Shown here: positions 12,306-25,515 of the stretch, in pieces
How the letters are laid out: each line of letters begins with the position of its first letter
Position numbering within the stretch: position 1 is the first letter of the stretch
DNA from: Podarcis cretensis
Lineage: Eukaryota
Direction of reading: 5' to 3'
Assembly (NCBI GenBank): GCA_951804945.1
Contig: OX638161.1
Coordinates: 5,022,001 to 5,086,000, forward strand
DNA: 64,000 bases
Program-made: the position numbers and the translations under genes
The notes under the pieces: model-generated
What the model saw: only the letters and a program-made list of their open reading frames with translations
Database searches by the model: none
What the model was told of the DNA's origin: nothing

Positions 12306-15004
12306 ATCTAATGCATTGTTTTATTACATGCAGGGAGCTTTTTGTATATGGGGAGCAATAAAAAATGCTATCACCATTCATGAACTAAGTGCTTAATAGA
12401 AAACATCCTTCACTTCTCTGTGGCTGAATGCAATGCATTCTGAGGGAAAACGAAATAGTGGCTGGACTGATGAGGAAGGGTTTCTCTGCTGTTGATGGCA
12501 GCCAATTTTTTTAAGTTAGTAAAGAGCCATCCTCACTGCTGCTAATGCTGATCTCTCCGCAGCTTGGGAATGAATTTCATTACCCACCCCAGTTGCTGAA
12601 ATAATTCCCTATTGCAGGGACCCGAGGTTAATATTTCTATCTCCCATTCAAGTTGCAAGTTCTTGTTTGAGGGCCATGATTTCATCCTTAAATAGGGTTC
12701 CGTGATCTTAGTTTCAAAACCAGAGGTCTATCGAGTAGGGTCGCCACTGAGAATACCAAAGTGGGACATCTGTATATTAGAACAGTTGCAATTTTATTTA
12801 CAAAAACTACATTAATTTTGCTCCTGCTGGCAGCAGTCATAAAGGAATGTGTTGGATGTTTAATCCTATGCACGTCTACTAAGAACTAAGCCTCATTGAG
12901 CTTAATGGGACTTACTTCAGGTAAGATTGCAGCCTAAAATATTTTGCTCAGTCATTAATTATATTGTTTGTTTTCCCTCCCCAACAGTTTATTGTTGTGC
13001 ATCATTCCCTTCACGTTCCAAGCCCGTCTGACACAACTTGTCTCTTCCTATGATCTTCATACCTCTGAACCTCGTTGCCTTTCTGCCTTCATTCTTTATA
13101 TGTTCCCTTTTCCCACACTGAGGAAAAAATGGTGTGTGAATGGCATCTTTCTGACTTTTTCTCCTTCTTCATTGGCATCTTTCTGATTTTTCCTCCTTCT
13201 TCGTTGAACAAATAGAAATATCTCACCTTTGTGAGATAAATTTTCTTCAATAGTGAAAAGAAATTCTGCGACTTGCTCAATATGTTGATTCAAAATAATC
13301 CAGTATTTGTATTGCTTCTTTGAGTCTAATATTTTGTTTTATTTAGATTTGGGATGAGGACCATTTAGCCCTACAGATCTTGTTAGACAACAACTCCCAT
13401 CATCCCTGACCACACTGTCCGAAGCTGATGGGAGATGGAGTCCAACGCCATCTGGAGAGCTAGACCTCACCCACAATAGAGGTGTTCAACTTTTTCATAT
13501 ATGCAACATTTTGTTGAAAACACATTATTTTCGGTGTAACTCCTCATTTTCCACCCATTTTAGTTATAGAGCAGAGGAGACTTTTTGGCTTCACAGGCCA
13601 GATCTTTAGCAGGGCTGGGCTTGCAGGCTGAATTTGACTGGTGGGTGGAGCCAGCCATCCGTCCATCACCTGTCACCACCATCATGTGATTTGATACATT
13701 GAAGTGCCAGTTGGAAGCACCCGCAAAACCCCTGTCAACCAAGCTCCACTACAAGCCCTCACCTGACGCCATGTCAGTGGGCCAAATGGAGAGGCCTAGC
13801 GTGCCAAATTTGTCTCACCCCTGGTTTGTAGGACAGCACTTTTTTAAATATGCAGAACATTTTCTTTACTTCTATGGTCCTGTAATATCTGCCTAAACAG
13901 GTGTACTTGGTGTTAAAATACAAGGTGCTTTTTGTTGCTTTCCCCATAAGCAGCGTGTGGTGCAATTTTTATACATGTCTGTGAAAAGTAATGATACTTA
14001 CTCCCAGGTAAGAGTGCAAAGGATTGCAATGCCATACACGCTTCTAGTGAATAGGCCATTGAGAATGAAGATTTTATTCTGATGACACAAGTATGCACTC
14101 TTAAGGTCTATCAGACATAATAGGAATACATAAGGCACATTTAAAAACATTCATATTTTCTCTACTTTTCATACTATTGCTGTCTTTAACTATTTTGTTG
14201 TGATTCTATAAGTACACTATATACTGTTTAGTATGTATCAAATTATTTTAAACCACTGTTTGTGTCATGGTAAATCTGATTCCACAATTTTGTTTTTATA
14301 TTCCCTTTAAGAGTATTGCATTCTTATGTGGGGGGTGGGTTTTTTTTTTTAAAAAAATCAGCTCCTAGATAACAGAATTGCAGGTGTTTTGGAAACAGTG
14401 AAAATTGATCATGAATGTTGATCAGCATGTATTTTTTACTCAAGCTAATGGTTAAGCGTGTGTTTTATGAGATGAAATGATGTTCACAGCCAGAGCTGTA
14501 TTATGCACAGAAAAGGCTGTAGGTGTTGGAACTTTTTTTTATCATGTAATACATTGTGCTGGATTGAATAATTAGTCCTTTTTGCAGAACCACTTGCACC
14601 TTGGAATCATTTCTCTGTGTGCAAATACACACAAGCATTCACATGGGTGAGAAATGCCTAAACAAGTTAAAACAAGTTTATAGCGCACACATTTGGCTTG
14701 GAAATGTGGCCCACTGTACTATTTAGTTATCGTACGTTTATGACAGGATAACAAATCTTGAAATCAATGCTATCGGTACACTATTATACATTACCTCCCC
14801 AGCATTTTTCCAGTAGCTTTAACCTTTTAAGTTTATTGTTAAGAATAATTATTCTTCAAAGGAAGTCTAAACGTTTTCTGAGATATATGGTTAAACTGAA
14901 CTCTGGTATTGAAACACAACTTGGGGTTCGTCCACACTTTTGCTTGCCCTGTGCTTAGACAGCACAGGCCTGAGTGGTTTTCCACTTGTCCCCTGCTAAT
15001 GCTA

Positions 15005-15170
15005 ATAATAATAATTTATTTGTACCCTGCCCATCTGTCTGGGTTGCCACATCTGTCTGGGTTCCAACATATATAAAAACATAATAAAACATTACACATT
15101 AAAAGCCTTCCCAATACAGGACTGCCTTCAGATGTCTTCTAAAGGTGATATAGTTCCTCATCTCCTTCTA
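15005..15170 (-). mobile_element. L2 LINE 3' end fragment
   Basis: Homologous to 21459-21580 and 33220-33370 (tttatttgtaccctgcccatctg..ctgccttcagatgtcttctaaa). Confidence 0.7.
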
Positions 15171-16186
15171 GGCATGGGTCTGAGCTGTTTTGCCTTTCTC
15201 CTGCCAGTTTCCTTTGGAAAATCCACTCTTTCGCACTAAATTGGAACAAATGGCAATCCATGGAAAATCTGGTTGCTGTTTGTTCCAGTTCAGTGCTGAA
15301 GCACAGGTTTTCCTGGGGGAAGGCATCAGGGCAAACGGAAGTGTGCATGATCCCTCCGTTCACTTTCTTGGGGCTATGCTTCCCAGGACCAGGGGATGAT
15401 TCCCATGTCACCTGGTTGAGATAACACACATATTGAGTCCCCTATGCATGTTCACACAGATGTGGCTTTAAATGGGGCTTACTCCTAGGTGTGTGGGCTC
15501 TTGTCTTTAGGAGGTCAAAGATTCTGTTATTCACTGGTGGCAGGGTTATGAAAAACACCTGCCTGTTGGTCAGAGTCGGTGTTAATTCATATTTAGAGAA
15601 GGAAGTGAAGTCAATTCATATTTAAAGAAGGAAGTGAATCAGTGGTGGGGAACTGGATACAACTTGTGACCTCACCTGCAAGCCATATGGACAGGTGGGT
15701 AGGTCAGCCCACCTGCCAGTCACCTATTGTCATTATGATACCAACTTCAAAGGGACTTTCTTTCAGCACCAAGCTGCACTACTTGCCAAGGAACTATCTG
15801 GAGCACACTTCAAACTCCTGAATAATCTTTTGCAACAGCACCTTTACCTACTGCACACCGGCATCAGGTGTGGGGCAGGTGGGCATAGTTTGGTGAAAAC
15901 AGAATTGTGGGCCAAATTAGAATCCCTTCCAGGCCTCATTGCACCCACAGGGCAGATATTCCCCATCACTGCACTAAACCAAACCATCCTCAGGGCAGCA
16001 TTACCTAGCTCATTCAAAGATGCACTGGTGGTGATTTGCTGAATGAGAAAAGAGCAGCTACAGAAGGATGAAATTCAAGTACCCCTTTTGCCACTGAGAA
16101 AAAGCTAAGTTCAACCTCCACAGAGTTTCTATAAGTTACACTTCTGGGTGGGGAATGAATGCAACTTACTTTTAGTGTACATGTAT

Positions 16187-16538
16187 AAAGGTAAAGGGAC
16201 CCCTGACCATTAGGTCCAGTCGTGGCCGACACTGGGGTTGCGGCACTCATCTCGCTTTACTGGCCGAGGGAGCCGGTGTACAGCTTCTGGGTCATGTGGC
16301 CAGCATGACTAAGCCGCTTCTGGCGAAACCAGAGCAGCGCACGGAAACGCCGTTTACCTTCCCGCCAGAAGGGTACCTATTTATCTACTTGCACTTTGAC
16401 GTGCTTTTGAACTGCTAGGTTGGCAGGAGCAGGGACCAGGCAACAGGAGCTCACCCTGTCGCGGGGATTCGAATCGCCAACCTTCTGATCGGCAAGTCCG
16501 AGGCTCTGTGGTTTAACCCACAGCGCCACCTGTGTCCC
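16187..16538 (-). mobile_element. Sauria SINE, subfamily A
   Basis: tRNA-like head and (ACCTTT)n tail on the minus strand. Homologous to 21596, 29053 and 38087. Confidence 0.9.
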
Positions 16539-16550
16539 AGTGTGCATGTA

Positions 16551-16868
16551 TAAAGGTAAAGGTAAAGGTACCCCTGCCCGTACGGGCCAGTCTTGACAGA
16601 CTCTGGGGTTGTGCGCCCATCTCACTTAGAGGCTAGGGGCCAGCGCTGTCCGGAGACACTTCCGGCTCTGACATCGCTGCATTCCGGCACCTTCCCGCAC
16701 ATAAGCGGTCCCTATTTATCTACTTGGACCTGGAGGTGCTTTCGAACTGCTAGGTTGGCAGGCGCTGGGACCGAGCAGCGGGAGCGCACCCCGCCGCAGG
16801 GATTCGAACCGCCGACCTTTTGATCGGCAAGCCCTAGGCGCTGAGGCTTTAACCCACAGCGCCACCTG
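16551..16868 (-). mobile_element. Sauria SINE, subfamily B (internal deletions)
   Basis: Homologous to the 45189 and 60259 copies (gagtctgtcaagactggcccgtacgggcagggg). Confidence 0.9.
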
Positions 16869-17371
16869 CTATTCTGCCCCAGTAAGGGGTTCTAGCGCAA
16901 ATGGTGTCTTGTGCTAGGCAAAGAGTCTGCATCATATTCTATTAGCATCTGGAATGTTCAGGAAGCAAAGTCGGTTAAGAAAGGTCAGGTTCCCCCAGGC
17001 AAGGTCAGACAAAGCAGATAGTAACCAAGATAACAGAAGTTGAAAAAGGCAGAGGTCAGAGCCCAAAAGGCAAAGAAGCAAGATAAGTAACACCCAGGAT
17101 AGCTCCAGGTAGCACCTGGATGGAAAGACAGATTTGAGTGTTGCTGCAACAACAAACAAACCGAGGGCTTAGACACACTTTCCTTCCACCTGTTCTTTCC
17201 AAGCATGGTCCATGGCTTATAACTTTGTGTCCAAGCGCCCTTCTTTTTGCTCTGGAGCTTTCCCTGTGAAAACCTGCTCTTGAAAGCTCAATAGGAGCAA
17301 ACGTTCATCTGCGGAAAACCCGAATTGACATTTGCTCTGATTCAGCTTCAAATTATGATGATGGTGATGAT

Positions 17372-17508
17372 GATAAAATTTTGTATACTGCCCTCCATCC
17401 AAAGACCGGAGGGCAGATCACAACATAAAAATACAAAATGAGAACACAAAATACATAATCACCATCATAATAAACAAACCAGTAACCCCCCTCCCACAAA
17501 CACATTTT
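17372..17508 (-). mobile_element. L2 3' tail fragment (same family as 47025)
   Basis: Shares acataaaaata..aacacaaa..cctcccacaaacacat with 47060-47180. Confidence 0.55.
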
Positions 17509-18602
17509 TATTATTCATTGATTTTGATTATTATTATTTTTTAAAAAATTAAAGAGTGTGTTTTCATGGGGAAAGCTCAGGGCAGAAAACAACAACCATA
17601 CCCCCACACTCAGAGCATTAACGTGCCTGTAAAGAGCTGGGTAAAATCTCCAGGTATAGGATGGTATATAAATTCAATCAATAAGTGTGGCTAAGCCCTG
17701 AGCCTTGAACAGGACTGCGGATTCCTTTGAGCAAATAGCATTATCCCTCATGAGCCGTAGTCTCTACCCTGTTTTATGAGCTGCATAAATCTCATTTTCA
17801 TAAATAGATTTCATAAACACAAATAAATTTCATCAATACAAAGAGAAGTAAAAAGAAGCAGGCCGCAGAATGCCTTCCAATGTTGCTGCCCTGGGCTAGT
17901 TAGCTTGCAGTCACCTTTCCCACAGTTGCAGCAAAGCCAGGAAAAGGCTGCGTGGCACGTAAGTGCAGGAAAGGAAAAGGGGGGGAGGCGTGCCACATGC
18001 TTTGAGCCACCGGTGAATGGCGAGGAGCAGCCAGGCAAGGCTGGAAGGGAAATAATTGTAGTTATTCTACATTCAACATGCAAAGCAATTGAAGAGTGAG
18101 AATTTGAGCCAGCTCACCACCATCTATTGCCACACAAGGAAGAGGTTTGGGGGGCAGGTGCCTCAATGTGGCACGTTTTAGCTGCTCTGCTGTGCTCTGG
18201 ACACTGCAATAAGTGATTTCTTTTTCTTCCAATCTTGCTCTTTGGCCGCCTGCCCTCCCTCGCTGCCTCACCCGTGACACCGCGCGCACCACTCGCTCTT
18301 GCTCTCCCTCTCCCACCCTCTGCCCATGCAAACTCTCGCTCTCCCCCAACCCCAACCAGACCCACACTCAGCCCACACAGTTTTGATGATGACTTCAAAT
18401 ATGGGACGAACTGCGCCCCGTATTAAATCAGTACACGATTCCGTATTTTAAGGTTTAGGTAGCAACCCTAGAAGTAGACCATGAATTACCGTAATCTGCC
18501 TGGGAGGGGGAAAGAGAGAAACTGGGAGCCTGGTTTCATCAGCAGTCCTCCACACAGGGCACTTGGACCCACTCCTGCACCGCCTTTCCAAAATATGCTT
18601 TC

Positions 18603-18971
18603 TGAAATATACTCAGAGTCGCAAAGTGATTTCATGCTCTTTATTCAGCTCATGGTGGTGAGGAGGAATGAATGCTAGTCCCCTCAAAGTATCTGCTTTA
18701 TATACATTATTTACACAATGGGCTGCACATGATTGGCTAATTCCGGAATTCTACTGTAAGCCAATCAGGTTGTGGATTCACTTCAATCTGGAGCATGATT
18801 GGGTGGCTCCTGCCAACCAATCATACTGCTGCATTGTTCTAGGACCAATCAGACTGCTGCATTCTGAATCCTATTTTCTAGGACCAATCAGACTGCTGCC
18901 TTTTGGATCCTATTGTTCTAGGACCAATCAGACTGCTGCAGTTTGGATCCTATTCGACTCAGTACATAACA
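18603..18971 (-). mobile_element. Solo LTR with tandem CCAAT-box repeats
   Basis: TG...CA termini and 5-bp TSD CTTTC (18598-18602, 18972-18976). Minus-strand AATAAA near 18640. About 40-bp units containing GGACCAATCAGACTGCTGC. Confidence 0.8.
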
Positions 18972-19627
18972 CTTTCATTTTTGTTTGGATTCATAGTTGT
19001 TTTTCTACTGCTCTTATACTTCAGGATGTCAGGGTTTTGCAAGCAGACGGGAACCTAGAACAAAGTTCCAAATAGCTTGTACAGAGGTGGCACAGGGTCA
19101 TCCATTTTGAACCATCATGGCTGCTGTAATGTGTGTTTTAAACTACCTGGTTCTACGGGTTAACAGCCCCCCCTCTCGAAAACCTGCTAGGCTAAGGCCT
19201 AACACAGACATCAAATTATCTAATCTGTTTTCAGTGAGCAACACACAAATGAATTAAACTGTGCTGATATATTATGTTGCTTGACTATAAGTATAATAAA
19301 AATGAGATATGAGAATATATTCATTCTTCTAAATATTAAGTGCCATAAAGAGCCACATACAGGAATCTTACACAGCCACATACAGAAAATGTCATGATAT
19401 TCATCATTACAGTTCTCTATTTGAGAAAGTTGCCTGTGTCTGGAGTCTTTATGGCTCATTCAGTATTTGCTTCTCATCAGTCACATCAGGCCATTCTTCA
19501 GGAACCAGTACCCCTTGGACGGGAAGGGGGGGCAGTAAACAGGAGGGAGGAAAATGACACAACAATGTTATAGAATTGAAAATGGCCACAACTTTATTTG
19601 TCACAGATGTAGGTAGGCTTTGGCTTC

Positions 19628-19765
19628 CAGTGGTTCTCAACTTGTGGGTCCCCAGATGTTGTTGGACTACAACTCCCATCATCCCTGAGCTCTGGGCTTG
19701 CTAGCGAGGGGTGATGGGAGTTGTAGTTCAACAACATCTGGGGACCCACAGGTTGAGAAAGGCTG
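19628..19765. mobile_element. hAT-type palindromic MITE
   Basis: Hairpin TTCTCAACTTGTGGGTCCCCAGATGTTGTTG..CAACAACATCTGGGGACCCACAGGTTGAGAA. Shares the core ggactacaactcccatcatccct with 12170. Confidence 0.8.
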
Positions 19766-20600
19766 GCTTAGACAGTGGGTTTGTATCCTAAATCAGCCTC
19801 CTGACTGAAGGCTGATGTTTGAACAGAGTCATGCCTGGGTTAAGGGTCATTTCAAGATGCAGGTCAGCTAAGCTGCCCCTCCACCAGGCCTCCATTGAAA
19901 GTTCTAGGCTCACCTGCTCCACTTTTCGGCTCCAGGACAGAATCTTCCACGCGGACGCCTTTGGAGGGGTACCCTGACATACTGCATCAGCTCAAGGGTG
20001 GGCGGAGGTGGGGCACCAACTCTCGCCCACGTCCCAGGAATAGATTGAAGATACAACCCATTGCCTTATACATCAGAAGTTGTGTCAATTGCTACGATGA
20101 AGGCCCAATTTGTTTGCATGCAAATTCCTTCCCAGCCCTGAATATGGCAACCATTTATATCCACTGCAAGGTCTTCCAAACATAGTGCCCGCTGACCTGC
20201 TTGTAGGGAGGATGGGTGCATTGGCGTAGCGGGGTGGGGGGGTGGGGCTTCCACCATGGTTTGGCTGGAATGCTGCCACAGTAGTCCCCATATAAAACCA
20301 CAATCCTATTTGCATGCTGCCTTTCCACGGTTAAAAAACCACGCTTAAGGCAGTTTACTACATGAAAAGATTAACTTTAATTACAAAGATAACAAAAGTA
20401 ATCAAAAACAATAAAGCACATAAAAAGCACACAACCAAATTGCACAAGTTCCACATAAATCATAACATCTAAAAATAAAGATAACAAAAAAAAAAAAAAA
20501 ACCAGTTACAGATAGGTTGCCGTGTTGGTCTGCCATAGTCAAAACAAAATAAAAAAATTCCTTCCAGTAGCACCTTAAAGACCAACTAAGTTAGTTCTTG

Positions 20601-20638
20601 GTATGAGCTTTCGTGTGCATGCACACTTCTTCAGATAC
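20601..20638 (-). ncRNA. Minimal hammerhead ribozyme motif, antisense copy
   Basis: Exact reverse complement of 20944-20981. Confidence 0.75.
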
Positions 20639-20943
20639 ACTGAAACAGAAGTCACCAGACCCTTCTATATAGTGAGAAGGTGGGGAGGGGTATTACTCAG
20701 AAGGGTGGTGGGATTGGGTGATTGGCAGATAGCTGTGATGAGCCTGTTGCAGTCGTTAAGAGTCGTCAACATTACCTAGAAGTAAATGGGACACAGAACA
20801 CAGAGGGACTTACTGCTGAATATTAACGACTGCAACAGGCTCATCACAGCTATCTGCCAATCACCCAATCCCACCACCCTTCTGAGTAATACCCCTCCCC
20901 ACCTTCTCACTATATAGAAGGGTCTGGTGACTTCTGTTTCAGT

Positions 20944-20981
20944 GTATCTGAAGAAGTGTGCATGCACACGAAAGCTCATAC
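20944..20981 (+). ncRNA. Minimal type I hammerhead ribozyme motif (sense to COBL)
   Basis: GUAU-CUGAAGA-A-GUGUGCAUGCACAC-GAAA-GCUC-AUAC: 4-bp stem I, palindromic stem II, palindromic AGCU in place of stem III. Predicted cleavage after C20977. Confidence 0.8.
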
Positions 20982-21458
20982 CAAGAACTAACTTAGTTGG
21001 TCTTTAAGGTGCTACTGGAAGGAATTTTTTTATTTTGTTTTGAAAAAAAAAACAATAACAGCAACAAACCCCGCTAAACAAGAGTATCTTCAGCCTCAAT
21101 TTTTGTAGCTGGAGTCAGTCCAGGCCCCGCCCTCCCAGGCCAGGTGGGAAAAGGCCTGCAAGGCAGGGAGCAGGTCATCTAGGATTCTTCCTACAATAAC
21201 CTTTACATGCGCTGCCTGGCCTGAGGGCACTTAAGCCCTCCTGGCCAGAAGTACCATAAATAGAATAGATTAAATCATCCCTACTCAGGCTCCCTAGGCA
21301 GGTGAGAAGGAATGGTCCCCTCACTTCAGCTGGAACTGGGCACACACCCCATTAGCTAAGGTTTCTATCTTAATTTCCAGTCAGTGACACAATTGCTAAT
21401 TTGTTGGATTTTTGTTGTTGTTGTTTGAATGACAGGCTCTCAGCAGCAGCAGCAACTA

Positions 21459-22162
21459 TTTATTATTTATTATTTATACCCTGCCCATCTGGTTGGGTTT
21501 CCCCAGCCACTCTGGGCGGCTCCCAACAGAGCATTAAAAACACAATAAAAGATCAAACATTAAGGACTTCCCTATATAGGGTGATCAGACATTAAGGACG
21601 CGGGTGGCGCTGTCGGTTAAACCACAGAGCCTAGGGCTTGCTGATCAGAAGGTTGGCGGTTCAAATCCCTGTGATGGGGTGAGCTCCCGTTGCTCAGTCC
21701 CTGCTCCTGCCAACCTAGCAGTTTGAAAGCATATCAAAGTGCAAGTAGATAAATAGGTACCGCTCCGGCGGGAAGGTAAACGGCGTTTCCGTGCGCTGCT
21801 CTGCTTCGCCAGAAGCGGCTTAGTCATGCTAGCCACATGACCCGGAAGCTGTACGCCGGCTCCCTCGGCCAATAAAGCGAGATGAGCGCCGCAACCCCAG
21901 AGTCGGCCACGACTGGACCTAATGGTCAGGGGTCCCTTTACCCTTTATACATGGTTGCCTTCAGATGTCTTCTAAAAGTCAGATTGTTTATTTCCTTGAC
22001 ATCTGATGGGAGGGCGTTCCACAGGGCGGGCGCCACTACCAAGAAGGCCCTCTGCCTGGTTCCCTGTAATCTCGCTTCTTGCAGTGAGGGAGCCGCCAGA
22101 AGGCCCTTGGATCTGGACCTCCGTGTCCGAACTGAATGATGGGGGTGGAGACGCTCCTTCAG
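21459..22162 (-). mobile_element. L2 LINE 3' fragment, interrupted by a Sauria SINE
   Basis: Minus ORF ..TRQRAFLVVAPALWNALPSDVKEI..FRRHLK. Homologous to 33220-33605. Confidence 0.8.
21596..21946 (+). mobile_element. Sauria SINE, subfamily A
   Basis: GGACGCGGGTGGCGCTGT head, GGTTCAAATCCC box B, CCTTTACCCTTT tail. Confidence 0.92.
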
Positions 22163-24639
22163 ACGCATTAACTGTGGTTAATGCCTAAGATGTCATGCAC
22201 TAGAATGGCACTATCTCACACTTGAATTTGTGGGACGCTTGCCAAACTGTTTGCCCACCACTGTAAGAGGAGAAGCAGCTGCAATAAGGAATTGGGGTAA
22301 AAGGTTTTTCATTGCACACTTCCAACGCTACCATTTCTTGATACAGCTTCCGCCGTGATTTCAACAAGAGGGGAGTCAATACAGTTACTAAGTATATCTG
22401 AAAGCGAAGATAATAAATGTAAGTTCATAGATGCAGCTGTCATATTTTTTATAAATTTGTTAGATTATAAAGAGCAACACTGCCATTCTGGGAAGCTGTC
22501 CCAGAGCTGGCCTAGCCCCTTTTTAGGTTGCTCCTTCAAGAGGCTGCATAGATAATAGTACTGCAAATCATCCTTTGCTCTGACATTTTAATGGAAACAG
22601 AGAGAGCCATTAGGTTTTATATACACACCAATGAACATCAGCATGTAATGCATTGTGCATTTATTAAAAAACGACTGTCTGCTTTGTGTACTTTCCTGCT
22701 CTGCTATTGTATCTCTTCTGGCCTTCATGCATTTTATTTTTTTAAATGGCTAGAAAGTTTTGTTTATAATTTTAGCGTGGGTTTTTTTTCTGATCATGTT
22801 TTCTACTTGTAATACGGGTGGTTATGTATTTTCTGCCTTTTATCTGTGTTTGTATAGGTGCTGTTCTGAATCTTTTTCTTTATTATTTGTATGTGTTGCA
22901 TTTGATTTGATAATACTATATTTTACTTTTTGTTTAAATAGTATTTTACTTATTTATTGTAAATCACCCAGATAACTTTATGTTATGGGTTGGTACTCAC
23001 ATGTCATAAATAAATAAACAAATCATATGTAACTTGATTTTAATTTGGTGGGGGCACACAATAGTAGTGCTGGAAATTGGGCGAATTTTCATTGCCTCCC
23101 AAATTCTAGGCAGTGCCAGGAACCTTTAGCAGCACCCACAGTCATTAATTTTGGAATTTGCAGAGCTTTAATTGTGATTTGCAACCTTTTAAGTTTTACT
23201 GATTGTGCTGCCAGAAATTGAGTTGTGTGCTTAATGGGTACTGCATGATTTCAATCAAGGAGACTTGTCCTTTAATTTTATTTAATATTTCACTGACAAA
23301 GATGCAGGTATCTCCAAACATTTTACTCAGAGTTTAAACTTTGGATATGTAACAAATGCATGCCCTAAACACATGAATCATTTTGAGTATTCCAAAACAG
23401 GAAAAAACCTCAATTTGAAAAACATGTTCACTGTGAGATTTTTTATTTCAATAGTCATTACTCCCTGTCACCTCCCTCCAAAATAAATGTTTTCTTAAAA
23501 AAAAAACCAACCCATTTTCCTTTATAATCTACTTGTTTCTTTGCAACAAGCTTGCTGAGGTTCTGTAGAAACTTGTAATGATCTTTATCTAAGTTAACAG
23601 GCACACGTAGCTTAAATACAACAGTGCCTTCACTGCTGAAAACCTATTGTTCCGTTAAAAACTTGATTCATTTCAGTAAATGTACAAAATGCTGAAATGT
23701 ACACTTCAATAGATTTACGCTTTCAGAACTGGTGGTTGTGATGTTCTTTGCAAAGTTTTTCAGTTTTTATATTGTTTTAAACGAAAGCTAAAAAGTTTTG
23801 CATCTGATCCTGTATGTCCAAATTCGTCTTAAAATAAAAAGAAATTAAGACTGCAATCCTAGCCCCAATTAACTGGGAATAAGTCCCTTTGAATTCAATG
23901 GCAATTACTTCTGAGTAGATTTAGGATTGCCCTGTAAAGCATCCTTGAACCATCCTGTGCATGTTTATTCAAAAGTAAGTCCCTCTGTGTTCTGTGTCCC
24001 ATTTACTTCTAGGTAAGTGTGGTTCGGATTGCTGCTTATTGACAAAGTCTGTTCAAAACTGAACACTTTTAATTGGTGCGGATTTCAATGGGAGGATCAC
24101 TCAAATGGTTAAACATTTGGGGTTTTTTAAACTTTATTTACAATTTTATTAAACCACCCTTTCATAAAGGAAATAACAAGGCAGAAAAGAACCTATTAAG
24201 CAAAATAAACCAATATATCCATAAAAACCATATTGAAACATCAATAAATACCGATTGGATTAGTGAACGGAGTTGGCGCACCATCTAGCTAGGAAAACGC
24301 ACTCCTGGCCACAGAGGTCCCTGAGGCATCTAGTGACAGGGATGGGTCAAGGAGTCTCCTTCAGAGGGAGTGCCACCCTGTCCAGTACATGCAGTTGACT
24401 AATCTCATGGACATGGGAACCACCCACCCTTAACAGAATTCAAGCTCAATTCAGAGAGTTGATCTCTTTAAGAACTCTTGAGATGTTTGCCATGAAGACC
24501 CAGTGACATGTTCATTTGTGTTTCACCAATTTAGCTCTAGAACATCATCTCTTGTTTGATGAAGTTTGTCAGATGCTCATTGCAAAATTACTAGTTGAGG
24601 CATGAATATCTATCAAACATCTTCAGCAGTGAAGGCCGA

Positions 24640-25420
24640 TTCAAAGAATTACCGTAATTCACCACATAATCATTTTACAGTCTGACTCCCTTTATCTGGT
24701 TTCCTGCTATTTGGATAAAAAATGTTGTGTCTAATAGTTTCCTCATTCTTTTTCATTTGCTTTTTTAAATTCTTTTTTCAATTTAAATGTTACCATATTG
24801 ACTTCTGGACAGCTTTTCACTCATATATATTTTTGAAGCTAAGAACATCACGTTCCCAAGTAGTCTGACAGTTTATATCTTATCTTAAGTTCTGAGCACC
24901 ACTCAGGATTAAGTCAAAGGTTGACTCCCCTTTTCGTCAGCCAAATGTGCATTTGTCAAATCTAGAAATATGGCCCTCTTTTCATATCCTGACTATACAT
25001 TTACCCAGTCTGTGTGAGAGTTTGTTGATCACTCATTATTACAATATTTCCGACCTTTGGCTGTGTCCCTCAGTTCTTTCTCCATCTTGAGATCCCCCTC
25101 CATATTTTGGTCAAGGGGGCACTGGAATATTCCAGTACAAAATTATTTTGAAGGTGTCTGGTCTTCTGCCCACTGTGATTCTATCAAAGATATTGTTCAT
25201 ATTAATTTCCTAAATTGGGGTCTCTTGACATATAGAGCAGCTGCACCCCAGTTTATCCTCTTTTTTGCCCTTGTTGGGCATTTTTTATTAAACTATAACA
25301 ATTATCTATATTAAATGCATAACCACTATTGTTTCGCTGTATATACTATTTCTGAAGTATTTCATTTATTCCTGGTCAGTCCAACAGAATTCCGCCATTT
25401 TTATTCAAATTCACTGATTT
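24640..25420 (-). mobile_element. Ancient CR1 ORF2 endonuclease remnant
   Basis: Decayed minus frames ..GAAALYVK..GIFQCPLDQ..E.D.. resemble the CR1 APE motifs GGGVALYVK and GVYYRPPDQ. Boundaries approximate. Confidence 0.5.
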
Positions 25421-25515
25421 TTTATGTAAGAGACAGGTGCAGAGCATTATTTTAAGTACATGGAAATCTGACATTTCACCATAGAGAATTTACTATTCTA
25501 TTCACTGCCCACACG

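Larger units (their letters stand above)
20502..21043. mobile_element. Penelope-like element remnant arranged as an inverted repeat
   Basis: 221-bp arms at 20539-20759 and 20823-21043 are exact reverse complements, with a 63-bp spacer and A-run flanks. Carries the hammerhead motif and the tctttaaggtgctact..cagaccaacacggcaacc ends typical of reptile Penelope repeats. Confidence 0.85.

Noticed and set aside
16014-16823. Recurrent ORFs such as ..TARLAGAGTEQRE.TP..GFEPPTF as a gene family
   Set aside because: Translations of Sauria SINE copies.
18810-18955. CRISPR-like repeat array
   Set aside because: Eukaryotic context; the units are contiguous tandem repeats without unique spacers, inside a solo LTR.
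21596-21680. tRNA gene
   Set aside because: The box A/B-like sequence is the tRNA-derived SINE head and continues into the SINE body.
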